64,000 nucleotides of DNA from an uncultured virus (IMG/VR IMGVR_UViG_3300021399_004696) (Duplodnaviria; Heunggongvirae; Uroviricota; Caudoviricetes): the IMG/VR virus record IMGVR_UViG_3300021399_004696. One strand, 5' to 3'. Position numbers and translations under genes: made by a program. Below the pieces are notes generated by a model that was not told the origin of the DNA, made no database searches, and saw only the letters and a list, made by a program, of their open reading frames with translations. Positions 45,645-55,420 of the stretch are shown here, one piece after another. Positions within the stretch are counted from its first letter, which is position 1. Every line of letters starts with the position of its first letter.

Positions 45645-48149
45645 ATGATTTTTCTCGATTTGGAAACCAGATCGGGTGTAGATCTTAATGACGTTGGTGT
45701 CTATAGATATGTAGAAGACCCTGACTTTACCATTCAACTTCTGTCATATTCATATGACGAAGGCGAGGTAATAACGCTTGATCTGACCCGAGTGCCTGTT
45801 CATATAAACGATGACCTGAAGCGGGACCTATTAGATCCTCAGATCACTAAAGTTGCTCATAACAGCCAGTTTGAACGCATTTGTTTAAGTGCGTTCTTTG
45901 GCATGTCTGTAGGAAATTATATTGCTCCTACTAACTGGATCTGTACCATGACTTATGGTCTGTATAGAGGGTTTCCGGCATCCTTGGAAGGTCTGGGTGC
46001 TGCTTTAGGCTTGGCAGAAGGTGAAGCTAAGATCAAAGACGGCAAGAGACTTATCAGGCTTTTTGCGGTTATTCACGAGGACAAGCAGGGCAGAAGATAC
46101 TTTGTTGAGCCTGACGATGAGCCTGAGGATTGGGCAAAATACAAAGAATACAACAATCAGGATGTTGTGGCGGAACGGGCAATTTATTATAGACTGGTTG
46201 CCCGCGGTGGCGAGTATGGCGAAAAGAACAGTAAGCTTTGGAAGGAGTTCTGGCTTTCCGAGTCCATCAACGACCGTGGTGTCAGGATCGATATTCCTTT
46301 TGTTCGTAACGTCGTTAAACTTGAAGCTGAATATAAAAAGAGGGAAGAGAAGAAGTTCTTGGCTTCTTTACAGCGTTTGGCAAAACTTCGCGGGATCAGA
46401 CCTGATTTTTATATTGATGTATCAAAAGACCTGCAGGCGCTCACTAAGATCGACGGCTTTTCTGTTAATACAGCAAAGTCTATCCTTAAGAACGGCTTCG
46501 GGCTTTTTGGTAACGGCGTAGTTGAAGAATCGAAGCGCGAAGAGTACGAAGCGGCGGTTACGACTATTGCTGAATGTAAAGTCGCTTTTACGAAGATCAA
46601 AAAAGAGTTTTCTAAAGCCGGCCAGTACTTTGTGAACGACCCCGAGATTACTGATGATTATCAGGAGTTTGTTAGTGTTTATGGAGATTACAGAACGCGT
46701 TATCTTAACGCTTGTTCCATACTGGCGGACATGTTCGGGCTTTCAGATCTTGATATCAATATCAATTCGATCCAACAGCTTTGTAAGATAACGGGGCTTA
46801 AAAACATTAACAAGGAAACGGTCAGTGAAGCCTTAAGCGGTAAGCTGGACTTGCAGGACGGGCTTGAATATCTGACCGAAGATCCCGAGACGGTTGATCT
46901 TATTAAGGAGATCGTTGAATTCCGCGATATTTTCGGCAAGACCAGCGTTACAAAATATACGGCAATGCTGAATTCCGTTAATTCCGATGGACGTGTAAGG
47001 GGTCTTTTCAGGTTTGGCGGTGCAGGTCAAACTTTAAGGTATGCCGGGCGCTTAGTACAGCTTCAGAATCTGTCTAAAAATCATTATGAAACTCAAAGTG
47101 AAGGCTCTTTGATCTGGTCAGATGATATTAACGAATTGAAACAGAAGATCATTGCCGGAGATCTGAGCGTGTTGGACAGACCTAATTTTATAGGCGACTT
47201 GTCTCAGTTGGTCAGGCCGTCTCTTATTCCGGCAGAAGGATGTGTGTTTGCCGTAGCCGACTTTTCGGCTATCGAGGCCAGAGTGCTTTCTTGGCTCGCT
47301 GATGAACAGTGGCGTATCGATGCATTTAAGAACGGCAAGGATATTTATTGTGAGACAGCCAGTCAGATGTTTAAAGTTCCTGTAGTAAAACACGGCGAAA
47401 ACGGCGAGTTGAGAGCTAAAGGTAAGGTCGCTGAGCTTGCTTGCGGTTACGGTGGCGGCGTTGGGGCTCTGCTCGCGTTTGGCGCCGATAAGATGGGTAT
47501 GTCCGAAGAAGAAATGTCGGACGTAGTCCAGAAGTGGAGAGAGAGTAGTCCCAATGTTATAAAGTTCTGGTACGCTCTTGAAGGTGCCGTTAAGATGGCT
47601 TTGCTTACGTATAAGTCACAGAAGGTAAAGCTGGGTGAGGGTGAGATCGAAGTGTCTGTCCGTTCCGTAGCCAATTCAAGCGACAGTACCGTGGATCTTT
47701 GTATCGAGCTTCCGTGTGGGCGTTTACTCTTTTATAACGATGCTGAGATATACGATGAGCAGGGCTTCGAGAGGACCGGCGCATGTGCGCATAACAAGGC
47801 TAAAGACGCCAGAGTCGAAGTCAGAACTATAAAGAGCATTAAGTTCAAAGGCGTCGGATTGAATAAGAAGATCTGCGAAAAAGATACTTATTCCGGAAAA
47901 CTTGTAGAGAATGTTACGCAGGCGTTGGCCAGAGACATTTTGCAGAACGCGATGACACTTTTGGATCAGAACGGGTATCACATAGTCGCACATATACACG
48001 ACGAAGTTATAGTTGAGATCCCGAACGGTCCGAATGCTGAAGAAGAACTGAACAAGATATCATCTCTAATGGCTCAAAACGGCGAATGGTTCGTGCATTT
48101 GCCTCTCAGAGCGGACGGATATCTTTGTAATTACTATATGAAAGATTAA
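45645..48149 (+). CDS. phage-type family A DNA polymerase with 3'-5' exonuclease
   Basis: DLET, AHNSQFE, YNNQDV, VQLQNL, ADFSAIEAR, KVAELACGYG, HIHDE. Confidence 0.95.
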   Translation: MIFLDLETRSGVDLNDVGVYRYVEDPDFTIQLLSYSYDEGEVITLDLTRVPVHINDDLKRDLLDPQITKVAHNSQFERICLSAFFGMSVGNYIAPTNWICTMTYGLYRGFPASLEGLGAALGLAEGEAKIKDGKRLIRLFAVIHEDKQGRRYFVEPDDEPEDWAKYKEYNNQDVVAERAIYYRLVARGGEYGEKNSKLWKEFWLSESINDRGVRIDIPFVRNVVKLEAEYKKREEKKFLASLQRLAKLRGIRPDFYIDVSKDLQALTKIDGFSVNTAKSILKNGFGLFGNGVVEESKREEYEAAVTTIAECKVAFTKIKKEFSKAGQYFVNDPEITDDYQEFVSVYGDYRTRYLNACSILADMFGLSDLDININSIQQLCKITGLKNINKETVSEALSGKLDLQDGLEYLTEDPETVDLIKEIVEFRDIFGKTSVTKYTAMLNSVNSDGRVRGLFRFGGAGQTLRYAGRLVQLQNLSKNHYETQSEGSLIWSDDINELKQKIIAGDLSVLDRPNFIGDLSQLVRPSLIPAEGCVFAVADFSAIEARVLSWLADEQWRIDAFKNGKDIYCETASQMFKVPVVKHGENGELRAKGKVAELACGYGGGVGALLAFGADKMGMSEEEMSDVVQKWRESSPNVIKFWYALEGAVKMALLTYKSQKVKLGEGEIEVSVRSVANSSDSTVDLCIELPCGRLLFYNDAEIYDEQGFERTGACAHNKAKDARVEVRTIKSIKFKGVGLNKKICEKDTYSGKLVENVTQALARDILQNAMTLLDQNGYHIVAHIHDEVIVEIPNGPNAEEELNKISSLMAQNGEWFVHLPLRADGYLCNYYMKD

Positions 48150-48165
48150 AGGGAAGGAGGTTAAC

Positions 48166-49884
48166 ATGGCAGAAGAAATTAAAAATGACCAGCTCGATGA
48201 GCGTATCAAGACTATAGCTGAAAGAAGCGGGCCGTTAGGCGTCTTTCTTGAGCTGTATGATATATATCGTGTTCTTGATGAATTCCCCATAACGCACTAT
48301 CAGGTTAGCGGTAATTGCGTATATTACAACAATAATCCTGTCGAAGTCCGCGATGACGATAAGGGGCATAAAAACTTCTATATCTGTTCTTCGGTAGAAG
48401 GAGATCCTTTGTGCGGTAAGATGCTTACGGCATACGATCTTCTCGTATATACACACTTTTCCAGGCGTGTAAACGGAAAGCCTACTAAGAAAGCTTATGA
48501 AGAAGCAGACGTTGCGATCGCAGGCCTTAAAGATGTATTGGTATATTTCTGTAGGGAACCTTGGGAGACCGAGCTTACAAGAGATAAGATGGAGAATGTT
48601 GAAACTACCGTTTACAACGTTTCTCTTATCATGCAGAAGGATGAATTCTTTGCTACGTTAAAGTACAACAATTGGAAGAACAGATATGAATGGCAGGACG
48701 AGTATTTTGAAGACCATCATGTCAATATCTTTATTAAGCATATTGTTGAAAGGTACGGGCTTACTAAACTTGTGCCTAAGGTTGTATATGATTCACTGCC
48801 TTTTATAAGGGCTATCAGGAGCTATGATCCGCTTGTAGATTATCTTGAGGCCTGTTTTAAGGATTACGGGGCTTCCGGAACTGAAGAGATCGATCATTAT
48901 CTGCAGGAGTATCTCGGAGCAGAAGATTCTGATTATATCAAAGAGGTTGGAAGGCTTCTTCTTGTCGGCAGCGTCGGCAGAGCGTTTGTTCCCGGAATCA
49001 AGTTTGATACGATGTTCTTGCTGCAGGGCGAAAAACAGGGGCAGGGTAAATCTACATTGGTAGCAAAGCTTGGTGCCGGATTCGGTACGGATAACATCAG
49101 TCTGAAAGATTTTGAGAATCATCAGCGTCTGGGTGAAAAGCTCCGTAATGGCGCGTGGTTGTCTGAGATCCCTGAGATGAACGGTCTTAAAGCGATTGAC
49201 GAGAACACTTTGAAGGCTTTGCTTTCAGTTCGTGAAGATACGTTCAGGCCTGCGTATGGCAGAACAGTCGAGACTTTTAAGAGAAGAACGGTATTTATCG
49301 GTACGATCAACAATCTTGACGATGTCTTTACGGATGTTAAGAATAGAAGATTTATCGTTGTTCAGTGCGACGCCAACAGACAGACTAAGTATTCTTACGA
49401 GGATTCCGATCTCAGCGAAGAGGATGTAAGAAAGCTTTGGGGTCAGGCGGTAGCGTTATACAGAAGCGGAGCATACGATAAGGAAGGCCTTATATTGAGT
49501 AAGCCTTCTCAGGCTATTGCCGAAAAACTTTGTGATTCCTTGGTCAGACACGAGCTCGCCCTGTCGCAGCTTGAAGACTATTTAAGGATGCCCAGAGGGG
49601 ACGATTGGGATACTCTTCAGAAGGGTGACCGTGCAAAGAGGTTTAAGAATTTCCTTGAGGATTATAATGCTCCTCTTGGCGATTGGGTGGAAGTAACATC
49701 TTTGCCCGAGATCGTTTTTGAGATGCTCGGATATGACATTACTAATAACGTAGGTGATGATAGAGCTATTCAGCAGATCAAGAAAGAATTGCAGCGTTTC
49801 GGCTATCAGAAGTGGAAGAAAGTTCCGATCCGTGGTTACGGTAAGACGGTACAGGTCTTCAGAAGGGAGGTAAAAAATGCCTAA
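48166..49884 (+). CDS. virulence-associated E (VirE/VapE)-like replicative helicase
   Basis: PGIKFD..QGQGKST, RPAYGR, FIGTIN..RRF, LWGQA. Confidence 0.88.
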   Translation: MAEEIKNDQLDERIKTIAERSGPLGVFLELYDIYRVLDEFPITHYQVSGNCVYYNNNPVEVRDDDKGHKNFYICSSVEGDPLCGKMLTAYDLLVYTHFSRRVNGKPTKKAYEEADVAIAGLKDVLVYFCREPWETELTRDKMENVETTVYNVSLIMQKDEFFATLKYNNWKNRYEWQDEYFEDHHVNIFIKHIVERYGLTKLVPKVVYDSLPFIRAIRSYDPLVDYLEACFKDYGASGTEEIDHYLQEYLGAEDSDYIKEVGRLLLVGSVGRAFVPGIKFDTMFLLQGEKQGQGKSTLVAKLGAGFGTDNISLKDFENHQRLGEKLRNGAWLSEIPEMNGLKAIDENTLKALLSVREDTFRPAYGRTVETFKRRTVFIGTINNLDDVFTDVKNRRFIVVQCDANRQTKYSYEDSDLSEEDVRKLWGQAVALYRSGAYDKEGLILSKPSQAIAEKLCDSLVRHELALSQLEDYLRMPRGDDWDTLQKGDRAKRFKNFLEDYNAPLGDWVEVTSLPEIVFEMLGYDITNNVGDDRAIQQIKKELQRFGYQKWKKVPIRGYGKTVQVFRREVKNA

Positions 49885-50218
49885 GTACAAGCGTTTAACA
49901 CCTCTCCCTGATAATATTTCCGCTCTTATTAAGACCATCAACGCGAAGGGCGAGATTGAGTATGTAGATGCTATCGACAGCGGCCACACAGTCTTTTTTG
50001 CCAGCATTGAAGAATGCAATGATGAAAAGCTTGTTGCATATGTTGTAAATACATACGGGGAAGCTGATACAGAAGGTGCTTATCAGGATGTCAGATATGT
50101 TCCTACAAAGATATGTCATCAGTGTCATATCCGAATGATCCCTCACGGGGATAAGAATGGTTTGATATATCGTTGTGAAGGATGTAACACCGAGAAGAAG
50201 ACGGAGTTTGATTTATAA
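49877..50218 (+). CDS. hypothetical protein with C-terminal zinc ribbon
   Basis: CHQC..CEGC. Confidence 0.75.
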   Translation: MPKYKRLTPLPDNISALIKTINAKGEIEYVDAIDSGHTVFFASIEECNDEKLVAYVVNTYGEADTEGAYQDVRYVPTKICHQCHIRMIPHGDKNGLIYRCEGCNTEKKTEFDL

Positions 50219-50261
50219 ATGACAATAAAAGGGTCAAGTAGTCAAAAATAGTGAAAGGAGA

Positions 50262-50660
50262 TTGACGACTATGGATTATGAAGTAACTTATTATTGCGGT
50301 CATTCAGGTACCGTAAACATTTCCGATCGGGAAAAGAACCCTGAAAAGCTCCTTAATTGGTATAAGGAGAAGGGGTATTGCCCCGAATGCTTTAAGAAGA
50401 TGAAGGAGGCCGAGAAGGACGCCAATAACATTAAGTTTGGTCTTCCTGCGCTTGTCGGCAGCGATAAGCAGGCTGAGTGGGCAGATTCGATCCGAGGTGC
50501 AGCAATGTCTTATCTGGTAACATACTGCGACTCCGACGATGACGAGATCTTTTCCCTTATTAAAAAGAAGAAGGATGCCAAGTGGTGGATTGAGCATCAG
50601 AAAAAGCTTAAGAGCCGTGACTATGAGGCCATATACAAGCTGTTGGGCGGTAAAGGCTGA
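50262..50660 (+). CDS. hypothetical protein (phage/plasmid type)
   Basis: CGH..CPEC, GLPALVGSDKQAEWA..IR, AKWWIE. Confidence 0.8.
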   Translation: MTTMDYEVTYYCGHSGTVNISDREKNPEKLLNWYKEKGYCPECFKKMKEAEKDANNIKFGLPALVGSDKQAEWADSIRGAAMSYLVTYCDSDDDEIFSLIKKKKDAKWWIEHQKKLKSRDYEAIYKLLGGKG

Positions 50661-50947
50661 TGACGATAGCTCAGTACGCTTATGAACTTTATAAGTTGGA
50701 TTGGTGTCTGAGGCGCTGTTCTCATTGTAGGGCGGAAGCTATTCGTGACATCGCTGTTTCTGATCTGGACGGAAGTCGATATTCAACTATCGAAGAAGGG
50801 TATCAGGAACAGGGGATACTGGGTTCTTTATATCTCAGTTTTGAAGAGTTCTTGGCAGATCTGTATACAGACGCTGAATATATAGAAGAACTGCTGGGGC
50901 GTAAAGAGCTGGTCGATAAATACCGAAAGGATGTGATGCAAACATGA
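50660..50947 (+). CDS. hypothetical protein
   Basis: YELYKLDW and SFEEFL, resembling the C-terminal half of 51520..52083. Confidence 0.75.
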   Translation: MTIAQYAYELYKLDWCLRRCSHCRAEAIRDIAVSDLDGSRYSTIEEGYQEQGILGSLYLSFEEFLADLYTDAEYIEELLGRKELVDKYRKDVMQT

Positions 50948-51216
50948 AATATGCTGAAATAATAAGCTGCCTTACGAAAGATCTGGAACAGGGTGTTATT
51001 CCCGGTGGCGAAAATGAACGTGGTGATTATGTCATTAACGTTTGTCGTACACAGGATGACGGTACTAAAACCTGGGAATATGAAGAACTTGTTAAAGTAG
51101 CTAAGGAAATGATGTTCCACAAAGATCTTCAAAAGGAGTATCTTATCAAGTCCAACGAAAAAAGACAGACTTTAGGGTTAGCGCTTTTGGATGAGCATGG
51201 GGCTGAAGTTTCTTAA
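50944..51216 (+). CDS. hypothetical protein
   Basis: ATGA overlap; 90 aa. Confidence 0.7.
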   Translation: MKYAEIISCLTKDLEQGVIPGGENERGDYVINVCRTQDDGTKTWEYEELVKVAKEMMFHKDLQKEYLIKSNEKRQTLGLALLDEHGAEVS

Positions 51217-51251
51217 CCATGATTTACTCTTTATCGAAGTAAGGTAGGTTA

Positions 51252-51288
51252 AGCAAGAGTCGGGATTAGCGTTCCGGCTCTTGTTTTT
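51252..51288 (+). terminator. intrinsic terminator
   Basis: CAAGAGTCGG/CCGGCTCTTG stem plus T run. Confidence 0.7.
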
Positions 51289-51371
51289 AGGTAAATAACA
51301 CGTATGTTAGCAAAAATAAGAGCAAATAATACAAAATAATTCTAAAATAACGCGTTAAATAATTCGGTGTT

Positions 51372-51415
51372 GAATTAAGCACGAGTTAAACGCGAGTTAA
51401 ACGTGAATTAAACGG
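51372..51415 (+). repeat. four tandem 11-bp repeats (GARTTAAACG-like) after an AAAATAA-rich tract
   Basis: GAATTAAGCAC, GAGTTAAACGC, GAGTTAAACGT, GAATTAAACGG. Confidence 0.75.
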
Positions 51416-51417
51416 CG

Positions 51418-51450
51418 TTCCGGGCTATTTAATTCGAAAGATGCGAAGAT
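51418..51450 (+). promoter_or_regulatory. TTCCGGG-N20-GAAGAT promoter motif
   Basis: Recurrent motif; weak hexamer preceded by TGn. Confidence 0.55.
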
Positions 51451-51519
51451 AAAAATATAAGCTGTTTACAGGTACGTGAGATCCGTTTGATCCGGCGGGA
51501 TAAAATAGGAGGGTAAGAT

Positions 51520-52083
51520 ATGATACGTTGTGGTGATGACAGATCCGTTTTTGACGGAGCAGAAGTACAGATAGCTACCGTTAACGTTGATGGAGTGACC
51601 AGATATTGGGGCGCCGATAACATAAACGATTTTTATGACATGTGGTGGGGTTCTGATTATGACGGACCTGCAGGGGATGATCGGATATTGGAACTGACTG
51701 TTGATACGTTAAATATTACCGGTGTTGAAACTTTCGGTGATTTCATCAAGATGCACAATCTGGACAAAAATCCTGAAGACAGGCTTGCTAACATCCAAAA
51801 GTTGCTCTATGAAGATTATAAGACCGAGTGGCTTAAAGAACATGTAACTGACGGCGAGTGGGAAGATCTTTATAACAGCTATCAGGAAGGCGATATCAGG
51901 GAAAGATATCCTAATATGCTGTCTTATGCCGAAGAAGCAGGCTTTGCAGGCGGAGCTATCTACGCCTGTTTTGAGGAGTTTCTTGAGAACGAGTATTTAG
52001 ATCCCGATTGGATGAACGGCCGATTAAACAAAGCGGATAAAGCATTTATGGAAGCTTATAACGGCCTTGGAGATACTTTATGA
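51520..52083 (+). CDS. hypothetical protein
   Basis: GGAGG RBS; 187 aa. Confidence 0.8.
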   Translation: MIRCGDDRSVFDGAEVQIATVNVDGVTRYWGADNINDFYDMWWGSDYDGPAGDDRILELTVDTLNITGVETFGDFIKMHNLDKNPEDRLANIQKLLYEDYKTEWLKEHVTDGEWEDLYNSYQEGDIRERYPNMLSYAEEAGFAGGAIYACFEEFLENEYLDPDWMNGRLNKADKAFMEAYNGLGDTL

Positions 52084-52253
52084 ACGATTCCGGTGATTTT
52101 ATTAAGAAATACAAGAAGATGACTCCTGAAGGTTTAAAGGGGCTGGAATATATGAGAAAGAGGGCTTTTGTCCAGAAGGCTAAAAAGGGCAAGGGATCTT
52201 ACGAACGTAATCCTAAGCACAAAACTCCGTATGACGAGGACCATTCTTTATGA
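52080..52253 (+). CDS. arfA: ArfA-like alternative ribosome rescue factor (57 aa; not in the ORF track)
   Basis: Manual translation gives ...RAFVQKAKKGKGSYERNPKHK...; ATGA overlaps at both ends. Confidence 0.65.
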   Translation: MNDSGDFIKKYKKMTPEGLKGLEYMRKRAFVQKAKKGKGSYERNPKHKTPYDEDHSL

Positions 52254-52723
52254 GGGACGATGTCGGACGACGCGTTAAAGAATGCGTTATAGAAAAACAT
52301 CTTATAAACAGGGTGGAGAGTCTGGGCGGGGCTTGTATAAAGTTTACGCCGATGGGCAATAACGGATATCCTGACCGAATCGTAATACTGCCTGAAGGAA
52401 GGATAAGTTTTGTTGAGTTAAAGCGCCCTGGTGAACAGCCCAGACCTTTGCAGTATCAAAGGATCGACGAATTAAGGCGTTTGGGTGTTTCTGCTTGGTG
52501 GGCTAATAGCATTCAGGGTGTTGACGACGGGTTGAACAATCTTCTGGTCCACGGCACACCTATCTTTATATCCAGCTTGCTGCCTCTCATACAGGGGCTG
52601 TCTGAGATCGAAGGTGACCGAACCGCACAACTTGCGGAGATCCAGGGTAATGTGGTTCTGAAAACAAAAAGTCCGGATATAAACGGCCCTGAAGCCGGGA
52701 ACGAGAAAATTTTTATCTTTTAG
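52250..52723 (+). CDS. VRR-NUC domain nuclease
   Basis: KECVIE, GYPDRI, FVELKRPG..RPLQ. Confidence 0.9.
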   Translation: MRDDVGRRVKECVIEKHLINRVESLGGACIKFTPMGNNGYPDRIVILPEGRISFVELKRPGEQPRPLQYQRIDELRRLGVSAWWANSIQGVDDGLNNLLVHGTPIFISSLLPLIQGLSEIEGDRTAQLAEIQGNVVLKTKSPDINGPEAGNEKIFIF

Positions 52724-52752
52724 CACGTTTAGAAGTCCCGTTAAGTCCGTAA

Positions 52753-52785
52753 TTCCGGGTGTTTTAAGCTTGAAACCTCTAACAT
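52753..52785 (+). promoter_or_regulatory. TTCCGGG-N20-TAACAT promoter motif
   Basis: Recurrent motif. Confidence 0.7.
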
Positions 52786-52816
52786 AAAAGTATCAAAGAG
52801 TTTATGTGGAGGACTT

Positions 52817-53911
52817 ATGAAGCGTTTTAAGGATTTGATCAGACGGTTAGCCGGAAATAAAAGCGTAGTAGCCGGAGCGTTCAGTATTGCGTTGGCATTA
52901 GTGATCGTTCTGGTCTTTTTGCTGTTTTTGAGCGGATGTCAGACCGATACATTAGGAACAGATATCAGAGCTACCTCTGAGGGCACTACAGCGGTTATGG
53001 AAGCTACGCAAGATGAAACAACACAGGCGGAACTTGAAAGCGTCACTACAACAGCTGTTGAGAGCATTGAAGATATATCTGATGAATATCTTGCAACAAA
53101 CTGGAATGGCCTTGACGCTTGGGCGGTGATCAACAACAATGAACCGTTTTTCACTAACGATGAACTGCTTGCTGAATTAGGGGATTCTTTTGAATATTAT
53201 GCTCCTTTGGATGACCTTGGCAGATGTGGTGTTTGTTATGCTCTTGTAGGTGCAGAAACCATCCCTACGGAGCCACGCGGAGAAATAGGTAATGTAAGAC
53301 CTACAGGTTGGCACACGGTCCGTTACGATGATCTTATCGCGGATCACTATCTTTATAACCGTTGTCATCTTCTCGGCTATCAGTTGACGGGTGAAAACGC
53401 TAATACGCAAAACCTTATAACCGGAACCCGATATCTTAATGTCATCGGTATGCTTCCTTTTGAAAACGAGATAGCAGCTTACGAAGAAGCTAATCCGAAT
53501 AACCACGTACTTTACAGAGTTACTCCTATTTTCTTGGATGATAACCTTGTGGCAGAGGGTGTTTTAATGGAAGCAAGATCTGTTGAGGATGACGGGGTAT
53601 GTTTCAATGTTTTCTGTTTCAATGTCCAGCCTGGAATTGAAATTGACTACCTTACAGGCGATTCTTGGGCGAATGGGGAAGAGGTGGTAATAGTTGAAGC
53701 GACCACTGACGATCATGAGGCAGTTTATGAAGATTATCAGGTTAGCAACTCTGATGTTACTTATATTCTTAACACTAATTCAATGAGATTTCACGACCCT
53801 GATTGTGAGGCTGTAGACCGTATGGCGGACCAGAACAGGGCGGAGTCTACGCTTAGCAGAGATGAACTTATCGCAGAAGGTTATACACCTTGTGGAATAT
53901 GCAATCCTTAA
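52817..53911 (+). CDS. DNA/RNA non-specific endonuclease lipoprotein with C-terminal Ada-like metal-binding domain
   Basis: LSGC lipobox; LDDLGRC, YNRCHL, NLITGTRYLN; FHDPDC..GYTPCGICNP. Confidence 0.9.
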   Translation: MKRFKDLIRRLAGNKSVVAGAFSIALALVIVLVFLLFLSGCQTDTLGTDIRATSEGTTAVMEATQDETTQAELESVTTTAVESIEDISDEYLATNWNGLDAWAVINNNEPFFTNDELLAELGDSFEYYAPLDDLGRCGVCYALVGAETIPTEPRGEIGNVRPTGWHTVRYDDLIADHYLYNRCHLLGYQLTGENANTQNLITGTRYLNVIGMLPFENEIAAYEEANPNNHVLYRVTPIFLDDNLVAEGVLMEARSVEDDGVCFNVFCFNVQPGIEIDYLTGDSWANGEEVVIVEATTDDHEAVYEDYQVSNSDVTYILNTNSMRFHDPDCEAVDRMADQNRAESTLSRDELIAEGYTPCGICNP

Positions 53912-53939
53912 AGGCGTAAATACAGGAAGGAGTTTTTAA

Positions 53940-54305
53940 ATGTTATTTGGTTTGATCGAGCCTGACAAAAAGCTCAGGATTTATAATTTCGGAGAGACGG
54001 CAGATAAGACAGTATTCAGGAATAAGGAGCATGAACTGCAGTTTCTGGATGATCGAATAATTATTAAAAAGACAACGGAAGTACATACGAGGATCGATGT
54101 TGTTTTTTATTCGCAGATAACTCGGATAAGAATGTCTTTGTTCGATGTCTTAACCCTTCCCGGAAAAGCAGCGGTCTTTACTCCTTCTCCTAAGATCGAT
54201 ATTACAACAAAGGACGGGCGTAAGATCCATTTGGATTTTAAGAACAGTATTGGTAAAAACTCGTTGAAGCATTTTATTGAAGATAAAATGTCGGGAGTTA
54301 ATTAA
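53940..54305 (+). CDS. hypothetical protein (PH-like)
   Basis: AAGGAG RBS; beta-rich pattern. Confidence 0.7.
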   Translation: MLFGLIEPDKKLRIYNFGETADKTVFRNKEHELQFLDDRIIIKKTTEVHTRIDVVFYSQITRIRMSLFDVLTLPGKAAVFTPSPKIDITTKDGRKIHLDFKNSIGKNSLKHFIEDKMSGVN

Positions 54306-54317
54306 GGAGGACTATGT

Positions 54318-54638
54318 ATGAGTTTTCAGTTGGTCGGAAAATATTGCCCTGTATGCGGTAATGACTGGTTCGAAGAAAAGAAAGTTTTGGGCGGGTTACT
54401 CGGTAAGCATCTTGTCTGTGCAGATTGTCGTAGCAAGGTAAAGATGTCAGAGCTTGAACTTGCGGTCGAGGTTGGTAAGAGTAAGGAGGAGATCGCTGAA
54501 GAAGCAAACATTACGGCCTTGGAAAATGCAGGCAGCGGGTTTACTAATCCGAACGGCGAATATGATCCCAGTATGGCTAAGCCTGAGAAAAAGGTGAATT
54601 TCTTTACTCAGGACGCTAACGGGAATGAATACTATTGA
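54318..54638 (+). CDS. zinc-ribbon hypothetical protein
   Basis: CPVC..CADC; AAGGAGG RBS. Confidence 0.75.
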   Translation: MSFQLVGKYCPVCGNDWFEEKKVLGGLLGKHLVCADCRSKVKMSELELAVEVGKSKEEIAEEANITALENAGSGFTNPNGEYDPSMAKPEKKVNFFTQDANGNEYY

Positions 54639-54703
54639 TCGGGGTGTAACACCCGATCTTTGTTTTGTAGGTAAATTTATATAGATAATTAAGGAAATGA
54701 TAT

Positions 54704-55339
54704 ATGAGAGTGAGAGGTAAAGGAAATATGTTGAATCTCATTGTTGGCCGAACAGGTGTCGGTAAGGACTATCTGGCAAATCTTTTTGTTGAAGAAGGGT
54801 GTAGGCAGCTTATAACATATACGACCAGGCCTAAGCGTTTTGCCGGTGAGATTACGCATAAATTTATTACGGAAGATCAGGTAGACAGCATTCCTAATAA
54901 GATCATCGAGACTGAGATCGCCGGGTTTAAGTATTTTTCCACTAAAGAAGACGTTGCTAATAGCGATGTCTGTATAGTAGATCCTAATGGTGCGATAGAA
55001 CTGATAAAAAGTCTGCCCGATGAACCTATTCATTTGATCTATGTTCAGGCTTTGAATTCAATAAATAGTTTTAAGGCAATGAAAAGAGAAAGTGACGGGG
55101 CTAAAGCTGAGGCTATAGTAAATAATAGGGTGCAGAGCGAAAAGGAGCGTTTTGACGCTTTTGAGAAGCTGATCCAGCCTTATACTAATCCTTCCGCAGC
55201 CAATAACGAACAGAGAAAAGTTTTTCCTCCTAATGTTAAAGCAGTAACGGTGTACGTTAATGATTATGAACCTCAGAAAGCTAAAGTGTTTGTGACAAAC
55301 ATTTTGGAGAATAATTATCAATACAGCAGGGGACTTTAA
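54704..55339 (+). CDS. guanylate kinase-like protein
   Basis: GRTGVGKD, TYTTRPKR, IVDPNG. Confidence 0.85.
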   Translation: MRVRGKGNMLNLIVGRTGVGKDYLANLFVEEGCRQLITYTTRPKRFAGEITHKFITEDQVDSIPNKIIETEIAGFKYFSTKEDVANSDVCIVDPNGAIELIKSLPDEPIHLIYVQALNSINSFKAMKRESDGAKAEAIVNNRVQSEKERFDAFEKLIQPYTNPSAANNEQRKVFPPNVKAVTVYVNDYEPQKAKVFVTNILENNYQYSRGL

Positions 55340-55420
55340 TTTTGGCTTACTCAAGTAACACAAACTTTTAACAACAAGCCGAAGCTTTTGTTAAGTTAAA
55401 AATATAAAAGTGGAGGTTAT

